This document shows, in pieces, positions 42,601 through 54,278 of a DNA stretch of 64,000 bases. Under the pieces are notes generated by a model that saw nothing but the letters and a program-made list of their open reading frames with translations, was not told the DNA's origin and searched no databases. The DNA is from Eledone cirrhosa. Its lineage: Eukaryota. The stretch spans positions 252,154,001-252,218,000 of the forward strand of contig OZ024740.1 of assembly GCA_964016885.1 (NCBI GenBank), read 5' to 3'. The stretch's first letter is position 1; each line of letters begins with the position of its first letter. A program made the position numbers and the translations under genes.

Positions 42601-45600
42601 CCTCTTCGCCGGTTGGAAATTATCTCGCCTTGGCCGGCTGGAAATTATCTCCTCTAAATTAAATTAAATTAAATTAAATTAAATTAAATTAAATTAAATC
42701 AAATTAATTAAATTAATTAATTAATTAATTTTATTTTTTTTATTCTAATTATTTTTTTTTTTTTTTATTAATTACGTTATTAATTAATTAATTAATTATG
42801 TTAATTGATTTTATTTCAATCCAATGTAATTTAATTTAATTTAATTTAATTTAATATAATTTAATTTAATTTAATTTAATTTTATTTTATTTTATTTTAT
42901 TTTATTTTATTTTATTTAAAAAACGAAACGAAACCGGGGTACCAAAAAAAACGAACGAAAAGAAACCGGGGAACCTAAAAAATCGAACGAAATGAAATTA
43001 TCTCCCCTTGGCTTGCTGGAAATTATCTCAACTCGGCCGGCTGGAAATTATCTCCCCTTAGCCGGCTGGAAATTATCTCCCCTTGGCCGGCTGGATAATA
43101 TCTCCCCTTGGCCGGCTGGAAATTATGTTCTCTTGGCCGGCTGGAAATTATCTCCCCTTGGCCGGCTGGAAATTATCTCCCCTTGGCCGGCTGGATATTA
43201 TCTGCCCTTGGCCGGCTGGATGTTATCTCCCCTTGGCCAGCTAGAAATTATCTCCCTTTGGCCGGCTGGAAATTATCTTCTCTTGGCCGGCTGGAAATTA
43301 TCTCCCTTTGGCCGGCTGGATATTATCTCCCCTTGGTCGGCTGGATATGATCTCCCCTTGGCCGGCTGGAAATTATCTCCCCTTGGCCGTTGGAAATTAT
43401 CTGCCCTTGGCCGGCTGGAAATTATCTCCCCTTGGCCGGCTGGAAATTATCGCCCCTTGGCCGGCTGGATGTTATGTCCCCTTGGCCGGCTGGATATTAT
43501 CTCCCCTTGGCCGGCAGGAAATTATATCCCCTTGGCCGGCTGGAAATAATCTCCCCTTGGCCGGCCGGAAATTATCTCCCTTTGGCCGGCTGGATATTAT
43601 CTCCTCTTGGCCGGCTTGAAATTATCTCCCCTTGGCCGACTGGATATTATCTCCCCTCGGCTGGCTGGAAATTATCTCCCCTTGGCCGTCTGGAATTTAT
43701 CTCCCCTTGGCCGGCTGGATATTATCTCCCCTTGGCCGGCTTGAAATTATCTCCCCTTGGCCGGCGGGATATTATCTCCCCTTGGCCGGCTGGATATTAT
43801 CTCCCCTTGGCCGACTGGAAATTATCTCCGCTTGGGCGGCGGGATATTATCTCCCCTTGGCCGGCTGGAAGTTATCTCCCCTTGGCCGGCTGGAAATTAT
43901 CTCGCCTTGGCCGGCTGGAATTTAGCTCCCCTTGGCCGGCTGGAAATATACTCCCCTTGGCCGGCTGGATATTATCTCCCCTCGGTCGGCTGGAAATTAT
44001 CTCCCCTTGGCCGGCTGGAATTTATCTCCCCTTGGCCGGCTGGAAATAATCTCCCCTTGCCCGGCTCGAAAATATCTCCCCTAAATTAAATTAAATTAAA
44101 TTAAATCCAATTAATTAAATTAATTAATTATATTTTTTTATTTTATTTTTTTTTATTTTTTTTTATTAATTACGTTATTAATTAATTAATTAATTATGTA
44201 AATTGATTTTATTTCAATCCAATGTAATTTAATTTAATTAAATTTAATATAATTTAATTTAATTTAATTTAATTTTATTTTATTTTATTTTATTTTATTT
44301 TATTTAAAAAACGAAACGAAACCGGGGTACCAAAAAAAACGAACGAAAAGAAACCGGGGATCCTAAAAAATCGAACGAAATGAAATTATCTCCCCTTGGC
44401 TTGCTGGAAATTATCTCAACTCGGCCGGCTGGACACTATCTCCCCTTGGCCGGCTGGAAATTATCTCCCCTTAGCCGGCTGGAAATTATCTCCCCTTGGC
44501 CGGCTGGGTAATATCTCCCCTTGGCCGGCTGGAAATTATGTTCTCTTGGCCGGCTGGAAATTATCTCCCCTTGGCCGGCTGGAAATTATCTCCCCTTGGC
44601 CGGCTGGATATTATCTGCCCTTGGCCGGCTGGATGTTATCTCCCCTTGGCCAGCTAGAAATTATCTCCCTTTGGCCGGCTGGAAATTATCTTCTCTTGGC
44701 CGGCTGGAAATTATCTCCCTTTGGCTGGCTGGATATTATCTCCCCTTGGCCGGCTGGATATGATCTCCCCTTGGCCGGCTGGAAATTATCTCCCCTTGGC
44801 CGTTGGAAATTATCTCCCCTTGGCCGGCTGGATGTTATGTCCCCTTGGCCGGCTGGATATTATCTCCCCTTGGCCGGCAGGAAATTATATCCCCTTGGCC
44901 GGCTGGAAATAATCTCCCCTTGGCCGACCGGAAATTATCTCCCTTTGGCCGGCTGGATATTATCTCCCCTTGGCCGGCTTGAAATTATCTCCCCTTGGCC
45001 GGCTGGATATTATCTCCCCTCGACCGGCTGGAAATTATCTCCCCTTGGCCGTCTGGAATTTATCTCCCCTTGGCCGGCTGGATATTATCTCCCCTTGGCC
45101 GGCTTGAAATTAACTCCCCTTGGCCGGCGCGATATTATCTCCCCTTGGCCGGCTGGATATTATCTCCCCTTGGCCGACTGGAAATTATCTCCAATTGGGC
45201 GGCGGGATATCATCTCCCCTTGGCCGACTGGAAGTTATCTCCCCTTGGCCGGCTGGAAATTATCTCGCCTTGGCCGGCTGGAATTTAGCTCCCCTTGGCC
45301 GGCTGGAAATATACTCCCCTTGGCCGGCTGGAAATATACTCCCCTTGGCCGGCTGGAAATTATCTCCTCTTGGCCGGCTGGATATTATCTCCCCTTGGCC
45401 GGCTGGATATTATCTCCCCTCGGCCGGCTGGAAATTATCTCCCCTTGGCCGGCTGGAATTTATCTCCCCTTGGCCGGCTGGATTTTATATCCCGTTGGCC
45501 GGCTGGAAATAATCTCCCCTTGCCCGGCTCGAAAATATCTCCCCTAAATTAAATTAAATTAAATTAAATCCAATTAATTAAATTCATTAATTAATTATAT

Positions 45601-48600
45601 TTTTTTTATTTTATTTTTTTTTATTTTTTTTTATTAATTACGTTATTAATTAATTAATTAATTATGTAAATTGATTTTATTTCAATTTAATGTTATTTAA
45701 TTTAATTTAATTTAATTTAATTTAATTTAATTTACTTTAAATCAATTTAATTTAATCTAATTTAATTTAAGTTAATTTTATTTTATTTTATTTCAAAAAC
45801 GAAACGAAACCCGTGTACCTAAAAAAACAAACGAAAAGAAACCGGGGAACCTAAAAAATCGAACGAAACGAAATTATCTCCCCTTGGCCTGCTGGAAATT
45901 ATCTTCCCTTGGCCGGCTTGATATTATCTCCCCTTGGCAGGCTGGAAATTATCTCCCCTTGGCCGACTGGAAATTATCTCCCCTTGGGCGGCGGGATATT
46001 CTCTCCCCTTGGCCGGCTGGAAGTTATCTCCCCTTGGCCAGCTGGAAATTATCTCGCCTTGGCCGGCTGGAATTTAGCTCTCCTTGGCCGGCTGGAAATA
46101 TACTCCCCTTGGCCGGCTGGAAATATACTCCCCTTGGCCGGCTGGAAATTATCTCCTCTTGGCCGGCTGGATATTATCTCCCCTTGGCTGCTGGATATTA
46201 TCTCCCCTTGGCCAGCTGGAAATTATCTCCACTTGGCCGGCTGCAAATTATCTCCTCTTGGCCAGCTGGAAATTATCTCCCCTAAATTAAATTAAATCAA
46301 ATTAATTAAATTAATTAATTAATTAATTATATTTTTTTTATTTTATTTATTTTAATTTTTTTTTAATTACGTTATTAATTAATTAATTAATTAATTATGT
46401 AAATTGATTTTATTTTAATTTAATGTAATTTAATTTAATTTACTTTAATTCAATTTAATTTAATTTTATTTAATTTTATTTTATTTTATTTTATTTAAAA
46501 AACGAAACGAAACCGGGGCACCTAAAAAAACAAACGAAAAGAAACCGGGGAACCTAAAAAATCGAACGAAATGAAATTAACTCCCCTTGGCCAGCTGGAA
46601 ATTATCTCGCCTTGGCCGGCTGGAATTTAGCTCTCCTTGGCCGGCTGGAAATATACTCCCCTTGGCCGGCTGGAAATATACTCCCCTTGGCCGGCTGGAA
46701 ATTATCTCCTCTTGGCCGGCTGGATATTATCTCCCCTTGGCTGCTGGATATTATCTCCCCTTGGCCAGCTGGAAATTATCTCCACTTGGCCGGCTGCAAA
46801 TTATCTCCTCTTGGCCAGCTGGAAATTATCTCCCCTAAATTAAATTAAATCAAATTAATTAAATTAATTAATTAATTAATTATATTTTTTTTATTTTATT
46901 TATTTTAATTTTTTTTTAATTACGTTATTAATTAATTAATTAATTAATTATGTAAATTGATTTTATTTTAATTTAATGTAATTTAATTTAATTTACTTTA
47001 ATTCAATTTAATTTAATTTTATTTAATTTTATTTTATTTTATTTTATTTAAAAAACGAAACGAAACCGGGGCACCTAAAAAAACAAACGAAAAGAAACCG
47101 GGGAACCTAAAAAATCGAACGAAATGAAATTAACTCCCCTTGGCTTGCTGGAAATTATCTCAACTCGGCCGGCTGGATACTATCTCCCCTTGGCCGGCTG
47201 GAAATTATCTCCCCTTAGCCGGCTGGAAATTATCTCCCATTGGCCGGCTGGATTATATCTCCCCTTGGTCGTATGGAAATTATCTTCTCTTGGCCGGCTG
47301 GAAATTATCTCCCCTTGGCCGGCTGGAAATTATCTCCCCTTGGTCGGCTGGATATTATCTACCCTTGGCCGGCTGGATGTTATCTCCCTTGGCCAGCTAG
47401 AAATTATCTCCACTTGGCCGGCTGGAAATGATCTTCTCTTGGCCGGCTGGAAATTATCTCTCTTTGGCCGGCTGCATATTATCTCCCCTTGGCCGGCTGG
47501 ATATGATCTCCCCTTGGCCGGCTGGAAATTATCTCCCCTTGGTCGGTTGGAAATAATCTCCCCTTGGCCGGCTGGAAATTATCTCCCCTTGGCCGGCTGG
47601 AAATAATCTCCTCTTGGCCGACCGGAAATTATCTCCCTTTGGCCGGCTGGATATTATCTCCGCTTGGCCGGCTGGAAATTATCTCCCCTTGGCCGGCTGG
47701 ATATTATCTCCCCTCGGCCGGCTAGAAATTATCTCCCCTTGGCCGGCTGGAATTTATCTCCTCTTGGCCGGCTGGAATTTATATCCCCTTGCCCGGCTCG
47801 AAAATATCTCCCCTAAATTAAATTAAATTAAATTAAATTAAATCAAATAAATTAAATTAATTAATTAATTAATTATATTTTTTTTATTTTATTTATTTTT
47901 ATTTTTTTTTATTAATTACGTTATTAATTAATTAATTAATTATGTAAATTGATTTCATTTCAATTTAATGTAATTTAATTTAATTTAATTTACTTTAATT
48001 CAATTCAATTTAATTTAATTTAATTTAATTTAATTTTATTTAAAAAACGAAACGAAACCGGGGTACCTAAAAAAACAAACGAAAAGAAACCGGGGAACCT
48101 AAAAAATCGAACGAAATGAAATTATCTCCCCTTGGCTTGCTGGAAATTATCTCAACTCGGCCGGCTGGATACTATCTCCCCTTGGCCGGCTGGATATTAT
48201 CTCCCCTTAGCCGGCTGGAAATTATCGCCCTTTGGCCGGCTGGATATTATCTCCCCTTGGCCGGCTTGAAATTATCTCCCCTTGGCCGGCTGGATATTAT
48301 CTCCCCTCGGCCGGCTGGAACTTATCTCCCCTTGGCCGGCTGGAATCTATCTCCCCTTGGCCGGCTGGAATTTATATCCCCTTGGCCGGCTGGAAATAAT
48401 CTCCCCTTGCCCGGCTCGAAAATATCTCCCCTAAATTAAATTAAATTAAATTAAATTAAATCAAATTAATTAAATTAATTAATTAATTAATTATATTTTT
48501 TTAATTTTATTTATTTTTATTTTTTTTTATTAATTACGTTATTAATTAATTAATTAATTATGTAAATTGATTTTATTTCAAATTAATGTAATTTAATTTA

Positions 48601-51254
48601 ATTTAATTTAATTTAATTTACGTTAATTCAATTTAATTTAATTTAATTTAATTTAAGTTAATTTTATTTTATTTTATTTAAAAAACGAAACGAAACCCGT
48701 GTACCTAAAAAAACAAACGAAAAGAAACCAGGGAACCTAAAAAATCGAACGAAACGAAATTATCTCCCCTTGGCATGCTGGAAATCATCTCCCCTTGGCC
48801 GGCTTGATATTATCTCCCCTTGGCAGGCTGGAAATTATCTCCCCTTGGCCGGCGGGATATTATCTCCTCTTGGCCGGCGGGATATTATCTCCTCTTGGCC
48901 GGCTGGATATTATCTCCCTTTGGCCGACTGGAAATTATCTCCCCTTGGGCGGCGGGATATTATCTCCCCTTGGCCGGCTGGAAGTTATCTCCCCTGGGCC
49001 GACTGGAAATTATCTCGCCTTGGCCGGCTGGAAATTAGCTCCCCTTGGCCGGCTGGAAATATACTCCCCTTGGCCGGCTGGAAATATACTCCCCTTGGCC
49101 GGCTGGAAATTATCTCCTCTTGGCCGGCTGGATATTATCTCCCCTTGGCTGGCGGGATATTATCTCCCCTTGGCCAGCTGGAAATTATCTCCACTTGGCC
49201 GGCTGCAAATTATCTCCTCTTGGCCAGCTGGAAATTATCTCCCCTAAATTAAATTAAATTAAATTAAATCAAATTAATTACATTAATTAATTAATTAATT
49301 ATATTTTTTTAATTTTATTTATTTTAATTTTTTTTTAATTACGTTATTAATTAATTAATTAATTATGTAAATTGATTTTATTTTAATTTAATGTAATTTA
49401 ATTTAATTTAATTTACTTTAATTCAATTTAATTTAATTTAATTTAATTTAATTTTATTTTATTTTATTTAAAAAACGAAACGAAACCGGAGCACCTAAAA
49501 AAACAAACGAAAAGAAACCGGGGAACCTCAAAAATCGAACGAAATGAAATTATCTCCCCTTGGCTTGCTGGAAATTATCTCAACTCGGCCGGCTGGATAC
49601 TATCTCCCCTTGGCCGGCTGGAAATTATCTCCCCTTAGCCGGCTGGAAATTATCTGCCCTTGGCCGGCCCGAAATTATCTCCGCTAAAGTAAATTAAATT
49701 AAATTAAATTAAATTAAATCAAGTTAATTAAATTAATTAATTAGTTATATTTTTTTAATTTTATTTATTTTAATTTTTCTTATTAATTACGTTATTACTT
49801 ATTTAATGAATTATGTAAATTGATTTTATTTCAATTTAATGTAATTTAATTTAATTTAATTTAATTTAATTTAATTTAATTTAATTTAATTTACTTTAAT
49901 TCAATTTAATTTAATTTAATTTAATTTAATTTAATTTAATTTAGTTTTATTTTATTTCATTTAAAAAACGAAACGAAACCGGTGTGCCTAAAAAACAAAA
50001 GAAAAGAAACCGGGGAACCTAAAAAATCAAACGAAACGAAATTATCTCCCCCTTGGCCAGCTGGATATTATCTCCCCTTGGCCGTCTGGAAATTATCTCG
50101 CCTTGGCCGGCTGGAAATTATCTCCCCTTGGCCGGCTGGAAATTATCTCCCCTTGGCCGGTTGGAAATTATCTCGCCTTGGCCGGCTGGAAATTATCTCC
50201 CTTTGGCCGGCTGGATATTATCTCCCCTTGGCCAGCTGGAAATTATCTCCACTTGGCCGGCTGCAAATTATCTCCTCTTGGCCAGCTAGAAATTATCTCC
50301 CCTAAATTAAATTAAATTAAATTAAATTAAATTAAATTAAATCAAATTAATTAAATTAATTAATTAATTAATTATATTTTTTTTATTTTATTTATTTATT
50401 TTTTTTTTTTAAATTACGTCATTAATTAATTAATTAATTATGTAAATTGATTTTATTTCAATTTAATGTAATTTAATTTAATTTAATTTACTTTAATTCA
50501 ATTTAATTTAATTTAATTTTATTTTATTTAAAAAACGAAACGAAACCGGGGTACCTAAAAAACAAACGAAAAGAAACCGGGGAACCTAAAAAATCGAACG
50601 AAATGAAATTATCTCCCCTTGGCTTGCTGGAAATTATCTCAACTCGGCCGGCTGGATACTATCTCCCCTTGGCCGGCTGGATATTATCTCCCCTTAGCCG
50701 GCTGGAAATTATCTCCCCTTGGCCGGCTGGATATTATCTACCCTTGGCCGGCTGGAAATTATCTTCTCTTGGCCGGCTGGAAATTATCTCCCCTTGGCCG
50801 GCTGGAAATTATCTCCCCTTGGCCGGCTGGATATTATCTCCCCTTGGCCGGCTGGATATTATCTCCCCTTGGCCAGCTAGAAATTATCTCCCCATGGCCG
50901 GCTGGAAATTATCTTCTCTTGGCCGGCTGGAAATTATCTCCCTTTGGCCGGCTGGAAGTTATCTCCCCTTGGCTGGCTGGATATTATCTCCCATTGGCCG
51001 ACTGGAAATTATCTCCCCTTAACCGGCTGGAAATTATCTCCCCTTGACCGGCACGAAATTATCTCCCCTAAAGTAAATTAAATCAAATTAATTAAATTAA
51101 TTAATTAATTATTTATATTTTTTTATTTTATTTATTTTATTTTTTTTATTAATTACGTTATTAATTAATTAATTAATTATGTAATTTGATTTCATTTCAA
51201 TTTAATGTAATTTAATTTAATTTAATTTACTTTAATTCAATTTAATTTAATTCA

Positions 51255-51286
<32 letters not shown>

Positions 51287-53113
51287 TTAAAAAACGAAAC
51301 GAAACCGGTATACCTAAAAAAACAAACGAAAAGAAACCGGGGAACCTAAAAAATCGAACGAAACGAAATTATCTCCCCTTGGCCTGCTGGAAATTATCTC
51401 CCCTTGGCCGGCTGGAAATAATCTCCCCTTGGTCGGCTGGAAATTATTTCCCATTGGCCGACTGGATATTATCTCCCCTTGGCCGGCTGGAAATTATCTC
51501 CCTTTGGCCGGCTGGATATTATCTCCCCTTGGCCGGCTGGAAATTATCTCCCCTTGGCCGGCTGGATATTATCTCCCCTCGGCCGTCTGGAAATTATCTC
51601 CCATTTTACGACTGGAATTTATCTCCCCTTGGCCGGCTGGATATTATCTCCCCTTGGCCGACTGGAAATTATCTCCCCTTAGTCGGCTGGAAATTATCTC
51701 CCCTTGGCCGACCCGAAATTATCTCCCCTAAAGTAAATTAAATTAAATTAAATTAAATTAAATCAAGTTAATTAAATTAATTAATTAGTTATATTTTTTT
51801 ATTTTTATTTATTTTAATTTTTTTTATTAATTACGTTATTACTTAATTAATTAATTATGTAAATTGATTTTATTTCAATTTAATGTAATTTAATTTAATT
51901 TAATTTAATTTAATTTAATTTACTTTAATTCAATTTAATTTAATTTAATTTAATTTAATTTAATTTAATTTTATTTTATTTCATTTAAAAAACGAAACGA
52001 AACCGGTGTGCCTAAAAAAACAAAAGAAAAGAAACCGGGGAAACTAAAAAATCAAACGAAACGAAATTATCTCCCCTTGGCCTGCTGGAAATTATCTCCC
52101 CTTGGCCAGCTGGATATTATCTCCCCTTGGCCGGCTGGAAATTATCTCGCCTTGGCCGGCTGGAAATTATCTCCCCTTGGCCGGCTGGAAATTATCTCCC
52201 CTTGGCCGGTTGGAAATTATCTCGCCTTGGCCGGCTGGAAATTATCTCCCCTTGGCCGGCTGGAAATATACTCCCCTTGGCCGGCTGGAAATATACTCCC
52301 CTTGGCCGGCTGGAAATTATCTCCTCTTGGCCGGCTGGATATTATCTCCCCTTGGCCGGCTGGATATTATCTCCCCTTGGCCAGCTGGAAATTATCTCCA
52401 CTTGGCCGGCTGCAAATTATCTCCTCTTGGCCAGCTGGAAATTATCTCCCCTAAATTAAATTAAATTAAATTAAATTAAATCAAATTAATTAAATTAATT
52501 AATTAATTATATTTTTTTTAATTTATTTTATTTATTTATTTTTTTTAATTACGTTATTAATTAATTAATTAATTATGTAAATTGATTTTATTTCAATTTA
52601 ATGTAATTTAATTTAATTTAATTTACTTTAATTCAATTTAATTTAATTTAATTTAATTTTATTTTATTTAAAAAACGAAACGAAACCGGGGTACCTAAAA
52701 AAACAAACGAAAAGAAACCGGGGAACCTAAAAAATCGAACGAAGTGAAATTATCTCCCCTTGGCTTGCTGGAAATTATCTCAACTGGGCCGGCTGGATAC
52801 TATCTCCCCTTGGCCGGCTGGAAATTATCTACCCTTAGCCGGCTGGAAATTATACCCCCTTGGCCGGCTGGATAATATCTCCCCTTGGCCGGCTGGAAAT
52901 TATCTTCTCTTGGCCAGCTGGAAATTATCTCTCCTTGGCCGGCTGGATATTATCTCTCCTTGGCCGGCTACGTCTGTATACATGTATGTATGTACGTATA
53001 CATACATACTTACAATTAAGTAAGTGCCGTACTAAGAGTGAGAAATGAAATTTCGTTTCATTATATTACAACTTATCGTTTTCGGTACGCCTGGCCGACT
53101 GAACTCACTCGAT

Positions 53114-53161
53114 ATGCAAATTAGGCTGCTCAGCCGTTAATTTTCATAAGGAAAGTATATA
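53114..53161 (+). promoter_or_regulatory. Putative snRNA-type promoter cassette (octamer, PSE-like box, TATA-like box), copy A1
   Basis: ATGCAAAT 53114-53121, TAATTTTCATA 53138-53148, TATATA 53156-53161. Motifs and spacing are conserved in the diverged family B. Promoter function is inferred. Confidence 0.5.
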
Positions 53162-53170
53162 CTTTCGAAT

Positions 53171-53257
53171 GTTCAACTATCTGGCAGAAGGGTATACGGT
53201 GCTGATGATAGCTAACAAGCTTGAAACTAGTACATCGTTCCTGTGTCAGTGTTGAAC
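53171..53257 (+). ncRNA. Type I hammerhead ribozyme A1 (predicted cleavage after GUA, 53232)
   Basis: Stem I ACGGTG/CATCGT; core CTGATGA 53202-53208; stem II AGCT-AACA-AGCT with a U.U at its base; GAAA 53223-53226; palindromic ACTAGT stem III. Stem I extends through AGGG/TCCT, CTGGCA/TGTCAG and GTTCAAC/GTTGAAC. Confidence 0.88.
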
Positions 53258-53389
53258 AAAAAGGTGACGTGGTTGCCTTAACACCGTATGGCATAAATCA
53301 GGCTGTTCGCTTGTTTACAAACGAACAAAGCGGGCGTTATAATAAACGTTCGCTAAACTGATACGTACATATATATATGTGTACCTGTA

Positions 53390-53437
<48 letters not shown>

Positions 53438-53590
53438 TGCTACTGTACGTCTGTATACATGTATGTATGTACGTATACATACATACTTACATTTAAGTAA
53501 GTGCCGTACTAAGAGTGAGAAATGAAATTTTGTTTCATTATATTACAACTTATCGTTTTCGGTACGCCTGGCCGACTGAACTCACTCGAT

Positions 53591-53638
53591 ATGCAAATTA
53601 GGCTGCTCAGCCGTTAATTTTCATAAGGAAAGTATATA
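53591..53638 (+). promoter_or_regulatory. Putative snRNA-type promoter cassette, copy A2
   Basis: Identical to 53114-53161 at offset +477. Confidence 0.5.
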
Positions 53639-53647
53639 CTTTCGAAC

Positions 53648-53734
53648 GTTCAACTATCTGGCAGAAGGGTATACGGTGCTGATGATAGCTAACAAGCTTG
53701 AAACTAGTACATAGTTCCTGTGTCAGTGTTGAAC
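53648..53734 (+). ncRNA. Type I hammerhead ribozyme A2 (predicted cleavage after 53709)
   Basis: Same as A1: CTGATGA 53679-53685, GAAA 53700-53703; one stem I mismatch (CATAGT instead of CATCGT). Confidence 0.85.
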
Positions 53735-53866
53735 AAAAAGGTGACGTGGTTGCCTTAACACCGTATGGCATAAATCAGGCTGTTCGCTTGTTTACAAACG
53801 AACAAAGCGGGCGTTATAATAAACGTTCGCTAAACTGATACGTACATATAGATATGTGTACCTGTA

Positions 53867-53911
<45 letters not shown>

Positions 53912-54278
53912 TATTCTGTATGTAAACACACAGACAAACCGGTTTTTAGAGTCATCAACAACGAAACTAGTTCAATATTCCTTGTCTGGCTTTCTGGAGA
54001 ATAGAGGGAAGGTGTTCCCCCGAAAACCAGTATGACTCTAAAAACCGGTTTGTCTGTGTGTTTACACAGACAAACCGGTTTTTGTTACACCTACATATGT
54101 ATACGTGTGTGTATTCATATACACACTAGTATTTCAGTATGCATATGTAGATGTACATTTTTGACTTAATTGTTTAAGCGTCAGTCATACAAAAGTGAGT
54201 TACAAACGAAACGAAATTTAATTTCGTTTCGTTATTTGTTTTTATCGTCTCCGCTGAACCGGTGCGTACTCACACTCT

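Larger units (their letters stand above)
1..52969. repeat. Composite satellite: about 70 modules of [AT-rich palindromic spacer + leader + array of 25-bp units]; extends beyond the left window edge
   Basis: The 25-mer GGAAATTATCTCCCCTTGGCCGGCT recurs in arrays of about 3-46 copies. Arrays are separated by ~200-350 bp spacers ((TAAAT)n...TACGT...(ATTTA)n) and a leader AAAAAACGAAACGAAACCGGGGTACCT..., all in one orientation. About 70 leaders counted by eye. Ends mid-unit at TGGCCGGCT 52969. Confidence 0.98.
52969..53909 (+). mobile_element. Family A hammerhead-containing tandem repeat (retrozyme-like), two copies with 477-bp period
   Basis: 52969-53445 and 53446-53909 are near-identical direct copies; each contains one hammerhead motif and ends in (TA)n. 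Confidence 0.85.

Noticed and set aside
1-52969. CRISPR-like look (AT-rich leader, ~25-bp repeats, degenerate terminal repeat)
   Set aside because: Repeats are contiguous with no unique spacers, there are no cas genes, and the context is eukaryotic.
1-52969. Ribozyme within the large satellite
   Set aside because: No CTGANGA core paired with GAAA was seen on either strand of the 25-mer, leader or spacer.
768-53048. Well over a hundred plus-strand ORFs with WPAGNYLPLAGWKLSPLGRLEIISP repeats (superficially LRR-like)
   Set aside because: The 25-mer has no plus-strand stop, so three units give the same 25-aa cycle in all frames. Starts are mostly TTG, ORFs overlap in three frames, and indels are tolerated. 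The minus strand has TAA in every unit.
53200-53360. C/D-box snoRNA (TGATGA ... CTGA)
   Set aside because: TGATGA is better explained as the hammerhead core, with GAAA, the UH triplet and three stems in correct register in two diverged families.
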